Source: Patescibacteria group bacterium
GTDB lineage: Bacteria; Patescibacteriota; Patescibacteriia; UBA10025; JBIOWE01
Direction of reading: 5' to 3'
Assembly (NCBI GenBank): GCA_044868145.1
Contig: JBIOWE010000013.1
Span: 6,611 to 70,610 of the forward strand
Length of the DNA: 64,000 nt
Part shown: one piece after another, positions 1-7,831 of the stretch
Position numbering within the stretch: position 1 is the first letter of the stretch
Layout: each line of letters starts with the position of its first letter
The notes under the pieces: model-generated
Seen by the model: the letters and a program-made list of their open reading frames with translations, nothing else
Told to the model about the DNA's origin: nothing
Database searches by the model: none
Program-made: the position numbers and the translations under genes

Positions 1-625
1 CATCTTTGCCAAACTGAATGGTGCGCGTGAAGTGGCCGCCACCGGATGGAAGCGTAAACAGCTGTTCTTTACCGGAAACCGTGAACTCTGCGCCGTTGTA
101 CTTATAGCGACTCACTTGGCCTTCTTCAGCCACGTAGAGCCACGTTACATCGCCTGCGCGGAGGAACGCCAGGCCATGAGGATTATCAAGTCCTGACGCT
201 AACGTCTTGACTGCATCCGCCGTACCATCCGCATTCGCATCAGGCAGCGCAAGCACGTTCCCTGCCCCGGTAATACTGACAACAAGCGTTCCGTTGGGAT
301 CGAATGCCAACACGCGGGCGTGGCCGATGTCCTTCGCAAATAAACCAATCGAGAAACCGGCTGGCAGCGTGAGCGGGAACTCAACTGGCTGGCCAGTAGG
401 CAACACCTTTTTTACAGCGTTGACGTTGGATGCCGCATTGGCATTCTCTGCGGTGTTCGTGTTTTCGAATCGAACTTCCGTATTGGTGTTCAAATAATCC
501 GTTACGGTTTGAGAAGACGGGAAGAACGCAGGCTTAATGCCGCGCAAAAATAAAAACCAGGCAGCAGTCGCTGCGCCAGCCATGAGTAATACGACGATAA
601 TAACGGTGCGTGTCCTTTTATTCAT
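1..625 (-). CDS. PQQ-dependent sugar dehydrogenase-like (SGDH/glucose-sorbosone dehydrogenase family) beta-propeller protein; partial, C-terminus runs off window edge
   Basis: Own translation of minus strand from ATG at 623-625 (MNKRTRTVIIVVLLMAGAATAAW... signal anchor; LAFDPNGTLVVS, NPHGLAF, LYVAEEG motifs). Absent from ORF track because no stop lies inside the window. Confidence 0.5.
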   Translation of the reverse strand, partial: MNKRTRTVIIVVLLMAGAATAAWFLFLRGIKPAFFPSSQTVTDYLNTNTEVRFENTNTAENANAASNVNAVKKVLPTGQPVEFPLTLPAGFSIGLFAKDIGHARVLAFDPNGTLVVSITGAGNVLALPDANADGTADAVKTLASGLDNPHGLAFLRAGDVTWLYVAEEGQVSRYKYNGAEFTVSGKEQLFTLPSGGGHFTRTIQFGKD

Positions 626-720
626 ACGCTTAAATCATACCATAAACACAAGTGCGATGTAACCGCGCTGTAAGAAACAAGCTACCAACCTTGTGACCCC
701 GCTTGTCGCGAGTGATGGGG

Positions 721-748
721 TTGACAAACAGAGTATATCTGCTATGAT
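721..748 (+). promoter_or_regulatory. sigma70-type promoter: TTGACA-16-TATGAT, followed by AGGAGG (762-767) and GTG start at 772
   Basis: hexamers and spacing read directly. Confidence 0.55.
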
Positions 749-771
749 GCCTTGATAAAACAGGAGGAAAC

Positions 772-1254
772 GTGCTCTTTCAAAAATCTCTGGAATCAAT
801 GTTCCAAAGTTTAGAAGATCAACTTGGCAAGGCACCGCCCGCCGCAAAGGAAAAAATCTTTGACTTTATTACCGGCATTCCTGCGATTGATTTCAATCCC
901 AAGCTTGGGCGAGAAATTATGATAGGTCTCGCTAAAAGCGCAGGCATGAAGCTCGACATTCCTCACACCTTTGACCTGCAGGAATTATTATCGGAACTCG
1001 CAAGCTGTCTTAGCAAGATCGCGAAACATTTATGCGATTCCATTAAAGACCCGGTGTCCCCCATTGAGGCATCCACGGTTCTGTTCGTGGCTTATACAAA
1101 ATCCTACTTGTGGCATGGCAAAGGCGGCAATATAGGAGTCGTCGCCATCGTAACATTGACGCCGGAAAGCCTTAAGAAAATTCAGGATTCGTTGGGCCTC
1201 AAGAACAAGCAGGCGATAAAGCTAGAGGATTTGCTCCAGAATGGACATTTTTAA
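772..1254 (+). CDS. hypothetical protein (GTG start)
   Basis: ORF track; strong SD; terminator hairpin downstream. Confidence 0.55.
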   Translation: MLFQKSLESMFQSLEDQLGKAPPAAKEKIFDFITGIPAIDFNPKLGREIMIGLAKSAGMKLDIPHTFDLQELLSELASCLSKIAKHLCDSIKDPVSPIEASTVLFVAYTKSYLWHGKGGNIGVVAIVTLTPESLKKIQDSLGLKNKQAIKLEDLLQNGHF

Positions 1255-1273
1255 TCAGGCTTCATAGAATCAA

Positions 1274-1307
1274 AAGCTCGCAAAACAATGCGGGCTTTTA
1301 TTTTTTC
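1274..1307 (+). terminator. intrinsic terminator (stem AAGCTCGCA/TGCGGGCTT + T-run), overlaps 3' end of convergent alkD-like gene
   Basis: hairpin followed by TTTTATTTTTTC. Confidence 0.5.
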
Positions 1308-1951
1308 TGCAATTCTCGCAGCGCGTCCTTGGCAACCCACCGCGCCGACGGACTATCGAGGTTTTGGACGGTGCGTGCAAGCTGAATGGCGTGGCGCTTC
1401 AGTGATGCGTTCCGTTTCCCAATCTGGCGCAATGCCCAATTGACCGCTTTTTTGACAAAGTTACGATTGTCGGTCGCGCCGCGTTTGATGAACGGAAAGA
1501 ATTGTACAAACTTCGCGTCAGCCGACGTTTTGTTATGCCACGCAAGCGCAGCCATCATCGCAAAGCCCGCTCGTTTAACGAATTCCTGCTTGCTCCTTGC
1601 CCACTGCTTTGCCTTCGCAAACGCAAAGGGCGTTTTGTCGAACAGGTTCATGCATACTTGGTCGCACACGTCCCAGCTGTCGAACTCCTTTACCCATGCG
1701 TCCATTTGCTTTGAAGTCACTTGTTTTGGGTTATCAACCATACTAGCAAGTATGCGGGCTTCATGAATGCCGGACCTCCAGAGTTGTTGAGCGAGCAGGT
1801 GGTTCTTCCCTATATCTTTCGCCATCTTCCGTAAAATTGGAACGCTCACGCCAAGCGGCTTATGGGCGTTGATGCCAAACCGTGCCATGCCAGCCACATT
1901 CTTCGGGTCTGCATGAGACTTCAACTTTTTCAAAATTTTTGTGACTTCCAT
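1298..1951 (-). CDS. DNA alkylation repair protein (AlkD/AlkC-like HEAT-repeat DNA glycosylase family)
   Basis: 217 aa, family-typical helical repeat sequence (…WVKEFDSWDVCDQ…ALRQIGKRN…). Confidence 0.6.
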   Translation of the reverse strand: MEVTKILKKLKSHADPKNVAGMARFGINAHKPLGVSVPILRKMAKDIGKNHLLAQQLWRSGIHEARILASMVDNPKQVTSKQMDAWVKEFDSWDVCDQVCMNLFDKTPFAFAKAKQWARSKQEFVKRAGFAMMAALAWHNKTSADAKFVQFFPFIKRGATDNRNFVKKAVNWALRQIGKRNASLKRHAIQLARTVQNLDSPSARWVAKDALRELQKK

Positions 1952-1960
1952 ATTTTGTGT

Positions 1961-2020
1961 TCAATTGCGTATTACGCATTCCGAATTACGTATTAATCCA
2001 AAATTCGCAATTCGTAATTC
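1961..2020. repeat. heptad-phased ATTACG/CGTAAT repeat array immediately upstream of alkD-like start; contains 18-mer AATTCGCAATTCGTAATT (2002-2019) identical to 42284-42301
   Basis: direct reading; see findings. Confidence 0.6.
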
Positions 2021-2021
2021 T

Positions 2022-2414
2022 TTAATCCTGGCCTGTTTTCCTTCGCTTTTTCTCCCATGCCCGGACTTTTCCTTCATCGAATCCAAAATAATGCGCAATT
2101 TCATGGTGCACGACTTCGTGGACAAGCTTGCGCACGTTTTCAGGATAAGGTCCGGCAAGATGCTCGATCACATGCTTGAATATGGTAATCTTGTCGGGCA
2201 GAACGCCGCTGTAGCCCGCACTCCGCTTGTGGAGTGGGATGCCCTCATACAATCCCAAAAGAACTCCGCGTGCTTTGATCTGACGCTCTTTCATTCGCGC
2301 CGGCCTCGCATCGTCTTCCACGACAAATGCGACGTTTTCAATTCGCCTGCGTATCTGTTCTGGTACCGCGAGAATGGCTTCGTGGATATATTGTTCAAAC
2401 ACTTCTCTATTCAT
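2022..2414 (-). CDS. zincin-like metallopeptidase (HExxH; DUF1025/COG3824-like)
   Basis: 130 aa with HHEIAHYFG motif. Confidence 0.5.
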   Translation of the reverse strand: MNREVFEQYIHEAILAVPEQIRRRIENVAFVVEDDARPARMKERQIKARGVLLGLYEGIPLHKRSAGYSGVLPDKITIFKHVIEHLAGPYPENVRKLVHEVVHHEIAHYFGFDEGKVRAWEKKRRKTGQD

Positions 2415-2818
2415 TATTTCTCAATTACGTATTGCACATTGCCAATTTTGCTTTGCTTATATCGCTGAAGGTAGACGATAAATCCACCAATTTGTTGGGC
2501 GATTCTCTTCAACTCGTTGTTCATTTTCTCAAAATCTTCCTTTCCGATGTACTCAACTGACAGAGCTACATACAGATGATTTCGTACTTCTCCGATAGAT
2601 CCTTTGGAGATTCGCAGGTAGCGCGAGAATTCATTATTATTGTTTTTCTCAAAACCTTCAACAATATTCGCGGTCACGGAAATCATCGCTCGTCGAATTT
2701 GATCTCGCAGGCCGTAATCTCTACTCCAGGGAAGACGGGCAGATACGTCATAAATGATTTTCGTCAAACGAAGAGCATCCCTCCAAATTGGCAAATCCTC
2801 AAAGGCATTATACCGCAT
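2414..2818 (-). CDS. four helix bundle protein (TIGR02436-like, '23S rRNA intervening sequence protein' family)
   Basis: 134 aa, family-typical sequence (ANIVEGFEK…SKGSIGEVRNHLYVA). Confidence 0.6.
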   Translation of the reverse strand: MRYNAFEDLPIWRDALRLTKIIYDVSARLPWSRDYGLRDQIRRAMISVTANIVEGFEKNNNNEFSRYLRISKGSIGEVRNHLYVALSVEYIGKEDFEKMNNELKRIAQQIGGFIVYLQRYKQSKIGNVQYVIEK

Positions 2819-2933
2819 AATGTTTTCTTATGAAAAAATAAATTCCCCAGAGTTTCTTGGGGAAGGACGTCTCAATATAAGATAGCATGGAATAAAACCA
2901 AAGTCAAGAATGTAATGAGAGGTTTGCCTGGAA

Positions 2934-2965
2934 TCCGTAATGCGTAATTCGAAATGCGTAATTCT
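2934..2965. repeat. heptad repeat array CCGTAAT-GCGTAAT-TCGAAAT-GCGTAAT
   Basis: direct reading. Confidence 0.55.
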
Positions 2966-3680
2966 ATGATACTCTCATCCAATTGTCCGGCGTGATGTCT
3001 GCATCGAAAAACGCCGTCAGTTGATCCGACCGCACAATATCGTTTTTCAGTTTTTGAACACCCCGCTCAAACGCCTCCAAAAACGCAAACGGATCAATGC
3101 CAAAATGAATCACGCCGAAATCAGTATTCGAAGCATTATGCAGATGCGGCGGTCCCACAATCGGGCCGTCTTTTTTTTCGTAGAGAGAAAACGCCACTTT
3201 GAAATAGCTGATGGAACGAAACTCGCTAGGCGATACACCGCCCTGCGCGATCAAATACTGTTTTAATTCCTGAAACATGGCTGCGTTATCCGCTTTCAAA
3301 CGCATAAACAGCTGGAAATTATTATGCTCAATGCTGTTGCGGAGCAGGCGCAGCCCCACGTAGTCAATCGGCTCAAGACCAAGATACGCTTTATAGAATT
3401 GTAGGAAGTCTTGGTAGCGGACTGTGGTTTTACCAAGAGCGAGCATAGTAGCTGTTTTGATGGCAATATGCACGAGCAAGAACGCCGGCAGGTGGGTTGA
3501 AACATCCTGTCGCGCCTGCTCACCGAACGTTCCTGCCAGCAACAAAATTTGCCGGCGCATCAAAAAGAGCGGCGCAAACGCCGTTGGCGGTTTCGCGATC
3601 TTCAAATACAACTGCGCATACTCCGATTCCGGCTTCTTCGGATCAAAGAAGTACAACGCCAGCTTGTCTGCAACATCCAT
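2964..3680 (-). CDS. hypothetical protein
   Basis: 238-aa ORF, no recognisable family. Confidence 0.45.
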   Translation of the reverse strand: MDVADKLALYFFDPKKPESEYAQLYLKIAKPPTAFAPLFLMRRQILLLAGTFGEQARQDVSTHLPAFLLVHIAIKTATMLALGKTTVRYQDFLQFYKAYLGLEPIDYVGLRLLRNSIEHNNFQLFMRLKADNAAMFQELKQYLIAQGGVSPSEFRSISYFKVAFSLYEKKDGPIVGPPHLHNASNTDFGVIHFGIDPFAFLEAFERGVQKLKNDIVRSDQLTAFFDADITPDNWMRVS

Positions 3681-3821
3681 ATATCTTCATTGTACCCTTC
3701 TCGCGCCAAAAAATCACCCTCTGGGTAATGCAAGGTATCATTACACGTTATGTTAGGAGACACAGCTCATCACGCAAAAACCCAGGATGACCTGGGCATT
3801 TGCGTTGGGCTGGGTCTTGGC

Positions 3822-4049
3822 CTAGTTTACGGGCCAGAATGGTCCTTCAGAAGGTCCTCCAGCAGGATTACCTCCAAAGGCTGGCGTCGACATTACACGA
3901 TCAGACACCGTGATTGGACCTGTGGCAAGAAAAATACCAGAATTTCCATTGACTGGGCAAACATTGACTTGTGCTGCGCTCGCAACTGCACCAAACGCGA
4001 AGACAGTAATTGTCGCAGCAAGTAGGCTAATAAACAACGTTTTTCTCAT
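3822..4049 (-). CDS. small secreted protein (signal peptide)
   Basis: 75 aa, N-terminal hydrophobic signal. Confidence 0.4.
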   Translation of the reverse strand: MRKTLFISLLAATITVFAFGAVASAAQVNVCPVNGNSGIFLATGPITVSDRVMSTPAFGGNPAGGPSEGPFWPVN

Positions 4050-4114
4050 GCACTATCACCTCCCTTCAAAATGAAATGTAAAGTCTACTTTACATTGTAA
4101 ACGAATGAAAAGCA

Positions 4115-4148
4115 CCTGTCAAGTTAACTTGACAGGCCCTGTGGATAA
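4115..4148. promoter_or_regulatory. perfect 22-bp palindrome CCTGTCAAGTTAACTTGACAGG (terminator-like for minus gene) abutting TGTGGATAA box (4140-4148)
   Basis: direct reading. Confidence 0.5.
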
Positions 4149-4153
4149 ATTCC

Positions 4154-4516
4154 TTACCGCTTGGCGCTCGCGTAGGAAAGCGCCAGCATCTTCGTCAGAA
4201 CCATGACACCGAGCCCAACAACAAGCCACGGATCGAGCTGATGCCGAACACTCTGCACAATGACACCGAGAAGAAGGACGCTTGTCCCCACCAAGAATGC
4301 AACTCGTCCAGCGAGCATCCGGTGTATTCCCTCTCGCTCGTCCCGCGCCTGTTCCCGCCACACGTACACCCCGAATACCACGAAGACGATGAGAATAACG
4401 ATGCTCATCATCATCGTGAGACTGTCCGGCATAAGGAAGCCAAACGGGTTTAACAGTGCTGTCAAGAGTAAAAGGAAAATAACGACCACAGTGATCTCGC
4501 CAATATTATTTTCCAT
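4154..4516 (-). CDS. small multi-TM membrane protein (DUF2178-like partner of XRE regulator)
   Basis: ORF track, internal Met at 4514-4516 avoids long overlap; hydrophobic. Confidence 0.45.
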   Translation of the reverse strand: MENNIGEITVVVIFLLLLTALLNPFGFLMPDSLTMMMSIVILIVFVVFGVYVWREQARDEREGIHRMLAGRVAFLVGTSVLLLGVIVQSVRHQLDPWLVVGLGVMVLTKMLALSYASAKR

Positions 4517-4739
4517 AAGAAAAAATACGTTCAATTGGTTTGTGAAAATACGCCGCAATTTTCATCGCTAACAAGACGGAAGGCGCGTAGTTTCCCTTTT
4601 CAATCGCAATGATTGTCTGCCGCGTAACGCCAACAGCGCGAGCAAGCTCTTCTTGGCTAATCCCTGCCCGCATACGGAGCTTGTAGACATTATTGATCAC
4701 GCGTTCACCCATAAGAAAAGCAATGTGAGTATAAAACAA
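4506..4739 (-). CDS. XRE-family helix-turn-helix transcriptional regulator
   Basis: 77 aa, GISQEELARAVGVTRQTIIAIEKG HTH motif. Confidence 0.7.
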   Translation of the reverse strand: MFYTHIAFLMGERVINNVYKLRMRAGISQEELARAVGVTRQTIIAIEKGNYAPSVLLAMKIAAYFHKPIERIFSYGK

Positions 4740-4793
4740 AACAGCGTCCTGTCAAGACTCCTTTACATGGTCGAGCACTAAACAATCTTAAAA

Positions 4794-4864
4794 CTGCGGG
4801 ACTAGGATTCGAACCTAGATTCCCAGGTTCAGAGCCTGGTTGCCTACCATTAGCAGATCCCGCA
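4794..4864 (-). tRNA. tRNA-Gln (anticodon CTG)
   Basis: reverse complement TGCGGGATCTGCTAATGGTAGGCAACCAGGCTCTGAACCTGG…GGTTCGAATCCTAGTCCCGCA; U1:A72, G discriminator, T-loop GGTTCGAATCC. Confidence 0.8.
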
Positions 4865-4906
4865 CCGAATCAATATGGTATCACTGAGGCAGAATCCATG
4901 CAACTA

Positions 4907-6457
4907 CTAGCTGTCCGACACCACAGACCCGCCAAACGTGCTAAGGATATCTTGGAATATTCCCGATTCTTGTTCTTTTGACAACTGGAACTTGGTGAAT
5001 TCCGCTTCCGGCACCACCTTGGTTTTAATGCGCACCGGGCTGCCGATCAGGTCGGTAAACATTTTCTCCAGCAAAAGCAAGGTCTTGTTTCCTTTCGCTT
5101 GCTCCTCGTGCAGTTTGAATCGGAAGCCGATGGTCAACTTTCCGTCGCTGACCGCGAGCGGCACGCCTGCCTGTAAAATCATCGCAAGCGCATGGTTTGA
5201 TCCATTCACACTTGTTAAAACGCTTGCCCACGTTTTTTGCACATCTGCAAGGGTAAAATGTGCTTTAGCGCCCTTTTTTTGCGCTGGCTGAACAGTTGGG
5301 ATTGCTTTGGACTCAACCATTCTTTCCTGCCGCGGTTTTGGGGGTTCAACTGCTGCCATCGACTGCCCTCCCTCGCACAATTCAATAGCTGCAAGCTCAA
5401 GCGGAAGCTGGGGCAACGGAGAGGAGCGAAAATCGCGTACTTTATTCATGAACAGTTCAATCATGCGTACGACATCGCGCGAGGACACGAGCTTGCCAAA
5501 TTCCAAAATCTTTTTACGCTCTTCTTCGTCAACGTCGAGCGAAGAGAACTGATCCAACGAGCTAGTTACGGAGTACAGGAGCAAGCGCCGAAGAAACTCG
5601 ATCACGTCTTTCGTCAATTCTTGCAAGTTTACTCCCTCATCAGCCGCTCGATTCACGAACCCAATCGCATTCGTTAAATCTCGGTGAATGAGGTAACCGA
5701 CAAATTCGATGACCAGGGCGATGTCCGATCGCGGCAAAACGATGTCGGCTTCTTCCTCGGTAATTTCTTTACCGCCAATGGCGAAGAGTTGCGACAGAAA
5801 TACCTCAGCGTCCCGCACCGAACCGTCTGCGCGACGGCTGATACGGTCGAGTACCGAGTCTTCGACTTTCACGCTTTCCATCTGCGCAAGATATGACAGC
5901 CGCTTTTTCAAGTCCTGTATCGTCACTTTCTTAAAATCGAATCGTTGGCAGCGCGATATGATCGTGGCAGGCACTTTGTGTATTTCCGTCGTCGCCAGAA
6001 TAAAAATAACGTGTTGTGGCGGTTCTTCGAGCGTTTTCAAAAGCGCATTAAACGCCGAGGTCGAAAGCATGTGCACCTCGTCAATAACAAACACTTTATA
6101 CGGCGCCCGCGTCGGGGTGAACCGCGCATTCTCGATAATATTTTCGCGAACGTTGTCCACGCCCGTATGGGACGCCGCGTCCATCTCGATAAAATCGATG
6201 AATCGCCCTGCGGCGAGCTCCGTGCAAAAATCGCATTTGTTGCATGGCTCATGGCCCTTACGGTTTTTGCAGTTCACGGCCTTGGCAAAAAGACGCGCAA
6301 TCGTCGTTTTTCCGACGCCGCGTGGGCCAGCGAATAGGTAGGCGTGGCTGATTTTCCCGCGTTCGATCTCGTTTGCCAACGTCACCTTGATGTGGTTTTG
6401 GCCAACGACTTCATCAAACGTTTTTGGGCGATATCGACGGTACAAGACGTCCGACAT
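4907..6457 (-). CDS. dnaX: DNA polymerase III subunit gamma/tau
   Basis: 516 aa; YRPKTFDEVVGQ…GPRGVGKTT Walker A, zinc module CNKCDFC. Confidence 0.9.
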   Translation of the reverse strand: MSDVLYRRYRPKTFDEVVGQNHIKVTLANEIERGKISHAYLFAGPRGVGKTTIARLFAKAVNCKNRKGHEPCNKCDFCTELAAGRFIDFIEMDAASHTGVDNVRENIIENARFTPTRAPYKVFVIDEVHMLSTSAFNALLKTLEEPPQHVIFILATTEIHKVPATIISRCQRFDFKKVTIQDLKKRLSYLAQMESVKVEDSVLDRISRRADGSVRDAEVFLSQLFAIGGKEITEEEADIVLPRSDIALVIEFVGYLIHRDLTNAIGFVNRAADEGVNLQELTKDVIEFLRRLLLYSVTSSLDQFSSLDVDEEERKKILEFGKLVSSRDVVRMIELFMNKVRDFRSSPLPQLPLELAAIELCEGGQSMAAVEPPKPRQERMVESKAIPTVQPAQKKGAKAHFTLADVQKTWASVLTSVNGSNHALAMILQAGVPLAVSDGKLTIGFRFKLHEEQAKGNKTLLLLEKMFTDLIGSPVRIKTKVVPEAEFTKFQLSKEQESGIFQDILSTFGGSVVSDS

Positions 6458-6529
6458 AATAAAAAAATCGCATTAAGTGTGCGACTTTATTGTAGAGGAA
6501 TCACAACGACAAAGCAAGCGATCGCGGAC

Positions 6530-7153
6530 CTACTCCAAATCGTTTACGTTTTGTTCGACAGGCACGGTATCAGTTGCGTCGCCGGTCATGTGCGCCATGG
6601 AAGCGCCTGAACCTTGTTTAATCACATTTTCGACCGCGGCCCACGAACTTTCGCCGCTCTTCGGAACAAGCAGCACCACTTCATCTCCCGCCGCCCCCTT
6701 GAAATACGTAATGGACGCGAGCAAAACCTTATACACTCGGTCTCCGGCAAGCACGCGAAATTCATCCGTCATTTCATCTTTGGATAAAGCACCGACCAAA
6801 CGGACCCTTTCTACCGGACCGATTTGTTTATAAATGAATGATCCATCGCCAGCAATGGTGAGCTTGAGCACGTCTCCTTCGACGAGTTTAGATTTTGAGG
6901 CGTAGTTCGCTGGCACGCTATATTTCTTGCCGTCAGGTCCAACCATCTGCTGCCCGTCGAACACTCCCTCGATGACTTTCTCCTCGCCTTCAACATCTTG
7001 CGTTCCGACGTTGCGCGCTTTGCTCGTCGCTAACCCTTGGTCAACATCGCGACCGCCGAGTAATTCAGAAAGCAGCATCTTCGCGTTCTGCAGAGATGCG
7101 TCGGCAGTCTCGATTAATTTTTTTATTTGATCCAATTTGTTTTGGTTTGGCAT
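6530..7153 (-). CDS. hypothetical protein
   Basis: 207-aa ORF upstream of dnaX. Confidence 0.45.
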   Translation of the reverse strand: MPNQNKLDQIKKLIETADASLQNAKMLLSELLGGRDVDQGLATSKARNVGTQDVEGEEKVIEGVFDGQQMVGPDGKKYSVPANYASKSKLVEGDVLKLTIAGDGSFIYKQIGPVERVRLVGALSKDEMTDEFRVLAGDRVYKVLLASITYFKGAAGDEVVLLVPKSGESSWAAVENVIKQGSGASMAHMTGDATDTVPVEQNVNDLE

Positions 7154-7221
7154 ACATTTCTGTTTTACCTCTTTTCGGTTTTCTTTTTTGTGTTGATTTC
7201 CCGAGGTTTTTGTTTGCTTCT

Positions 7222-7800
7222 TTATTCTATACCTAAGCTGCTTGCTGGGTCAAGTACCTTATTTGTAGGCGCAAAGACGTAAGAAAAAATTGGCGTCGAG
7301 CGGGAATCTGGTTTATCCACCGATTCAACGTCCCAACCGGGCAAAAAGAACGCATACGATATGACGCGCGTCCCGGGTCTCAACTCACGCTTAAATTTCT
7401 CCGAAAGTTTTTGCATTGCCTTTGGCGTCAAAAAACAAAAGATCACGTCGGCCTGCGACAGATCCGTTCGAAAAAAATCTGCGAAACGCACATAGCCCCG
7501 TTTACGCTGGCCAAGCGCGAAAAGCTTAACCCATGACCACAGAAAAAGCGGCATGGACACTTCGTAGCCTATTACGCGCGCTTGCGTCGTGTTCACCATG
7601 GCGGAGATCACACGGCCATCGCCTGAACCGAGGTCATACACGAGTTCATTATCGCGAATTCGCGCGAGACGCAAAATACGCTCAATATCTTTTTTCCAAA
7701 CGGGAATCCACGGCGCCGCCACAAAACCTGCGTACGCGGCCGTGCCAAAAAACAGCAGTACGCCAAAAAATAAAATCAAGGGTGCGAGAACATCGTTCAT
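7222..7800 (-). CDS. membrane-anchored class I SAM-dependent methyltransferase-like protein
   Basis: N-terminal TM; motif I VYDLGSGDGRV. Confidence 0.5.
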   Translation of the reverse strand: MNDVLAPLILFFGVLLFFGTAAYAGFVAAPWIPVWKKDIERILRLARIRDNELVYDLGSGDGRVISAMVNTTQARVIGYEVSMPLFLWSWVKLFALGQRKRGYVRFADFFRTDLSQADVIFCFLTPKAMQKLSEKFKRELRPGTRVISYAFFLPGWDVESVDKPDSRSTPIFSYVFAPTNKVLDPASSLGIE

Positions 7801-7831
7801 ACCCTGTTAGTATAGGATTCTTACGGCGGTT

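Noticed and set aside
2886-2888. 27-codon uORF (MLSYIETSFPKKLWGIYFFIRKHYAV) whose stop overlaps the four-helix-bundle start (ATGCGGTATAA)
   Set aside because: Too short and unsupported. It could be chance. Mentioned only as a possible coupling arrangement.
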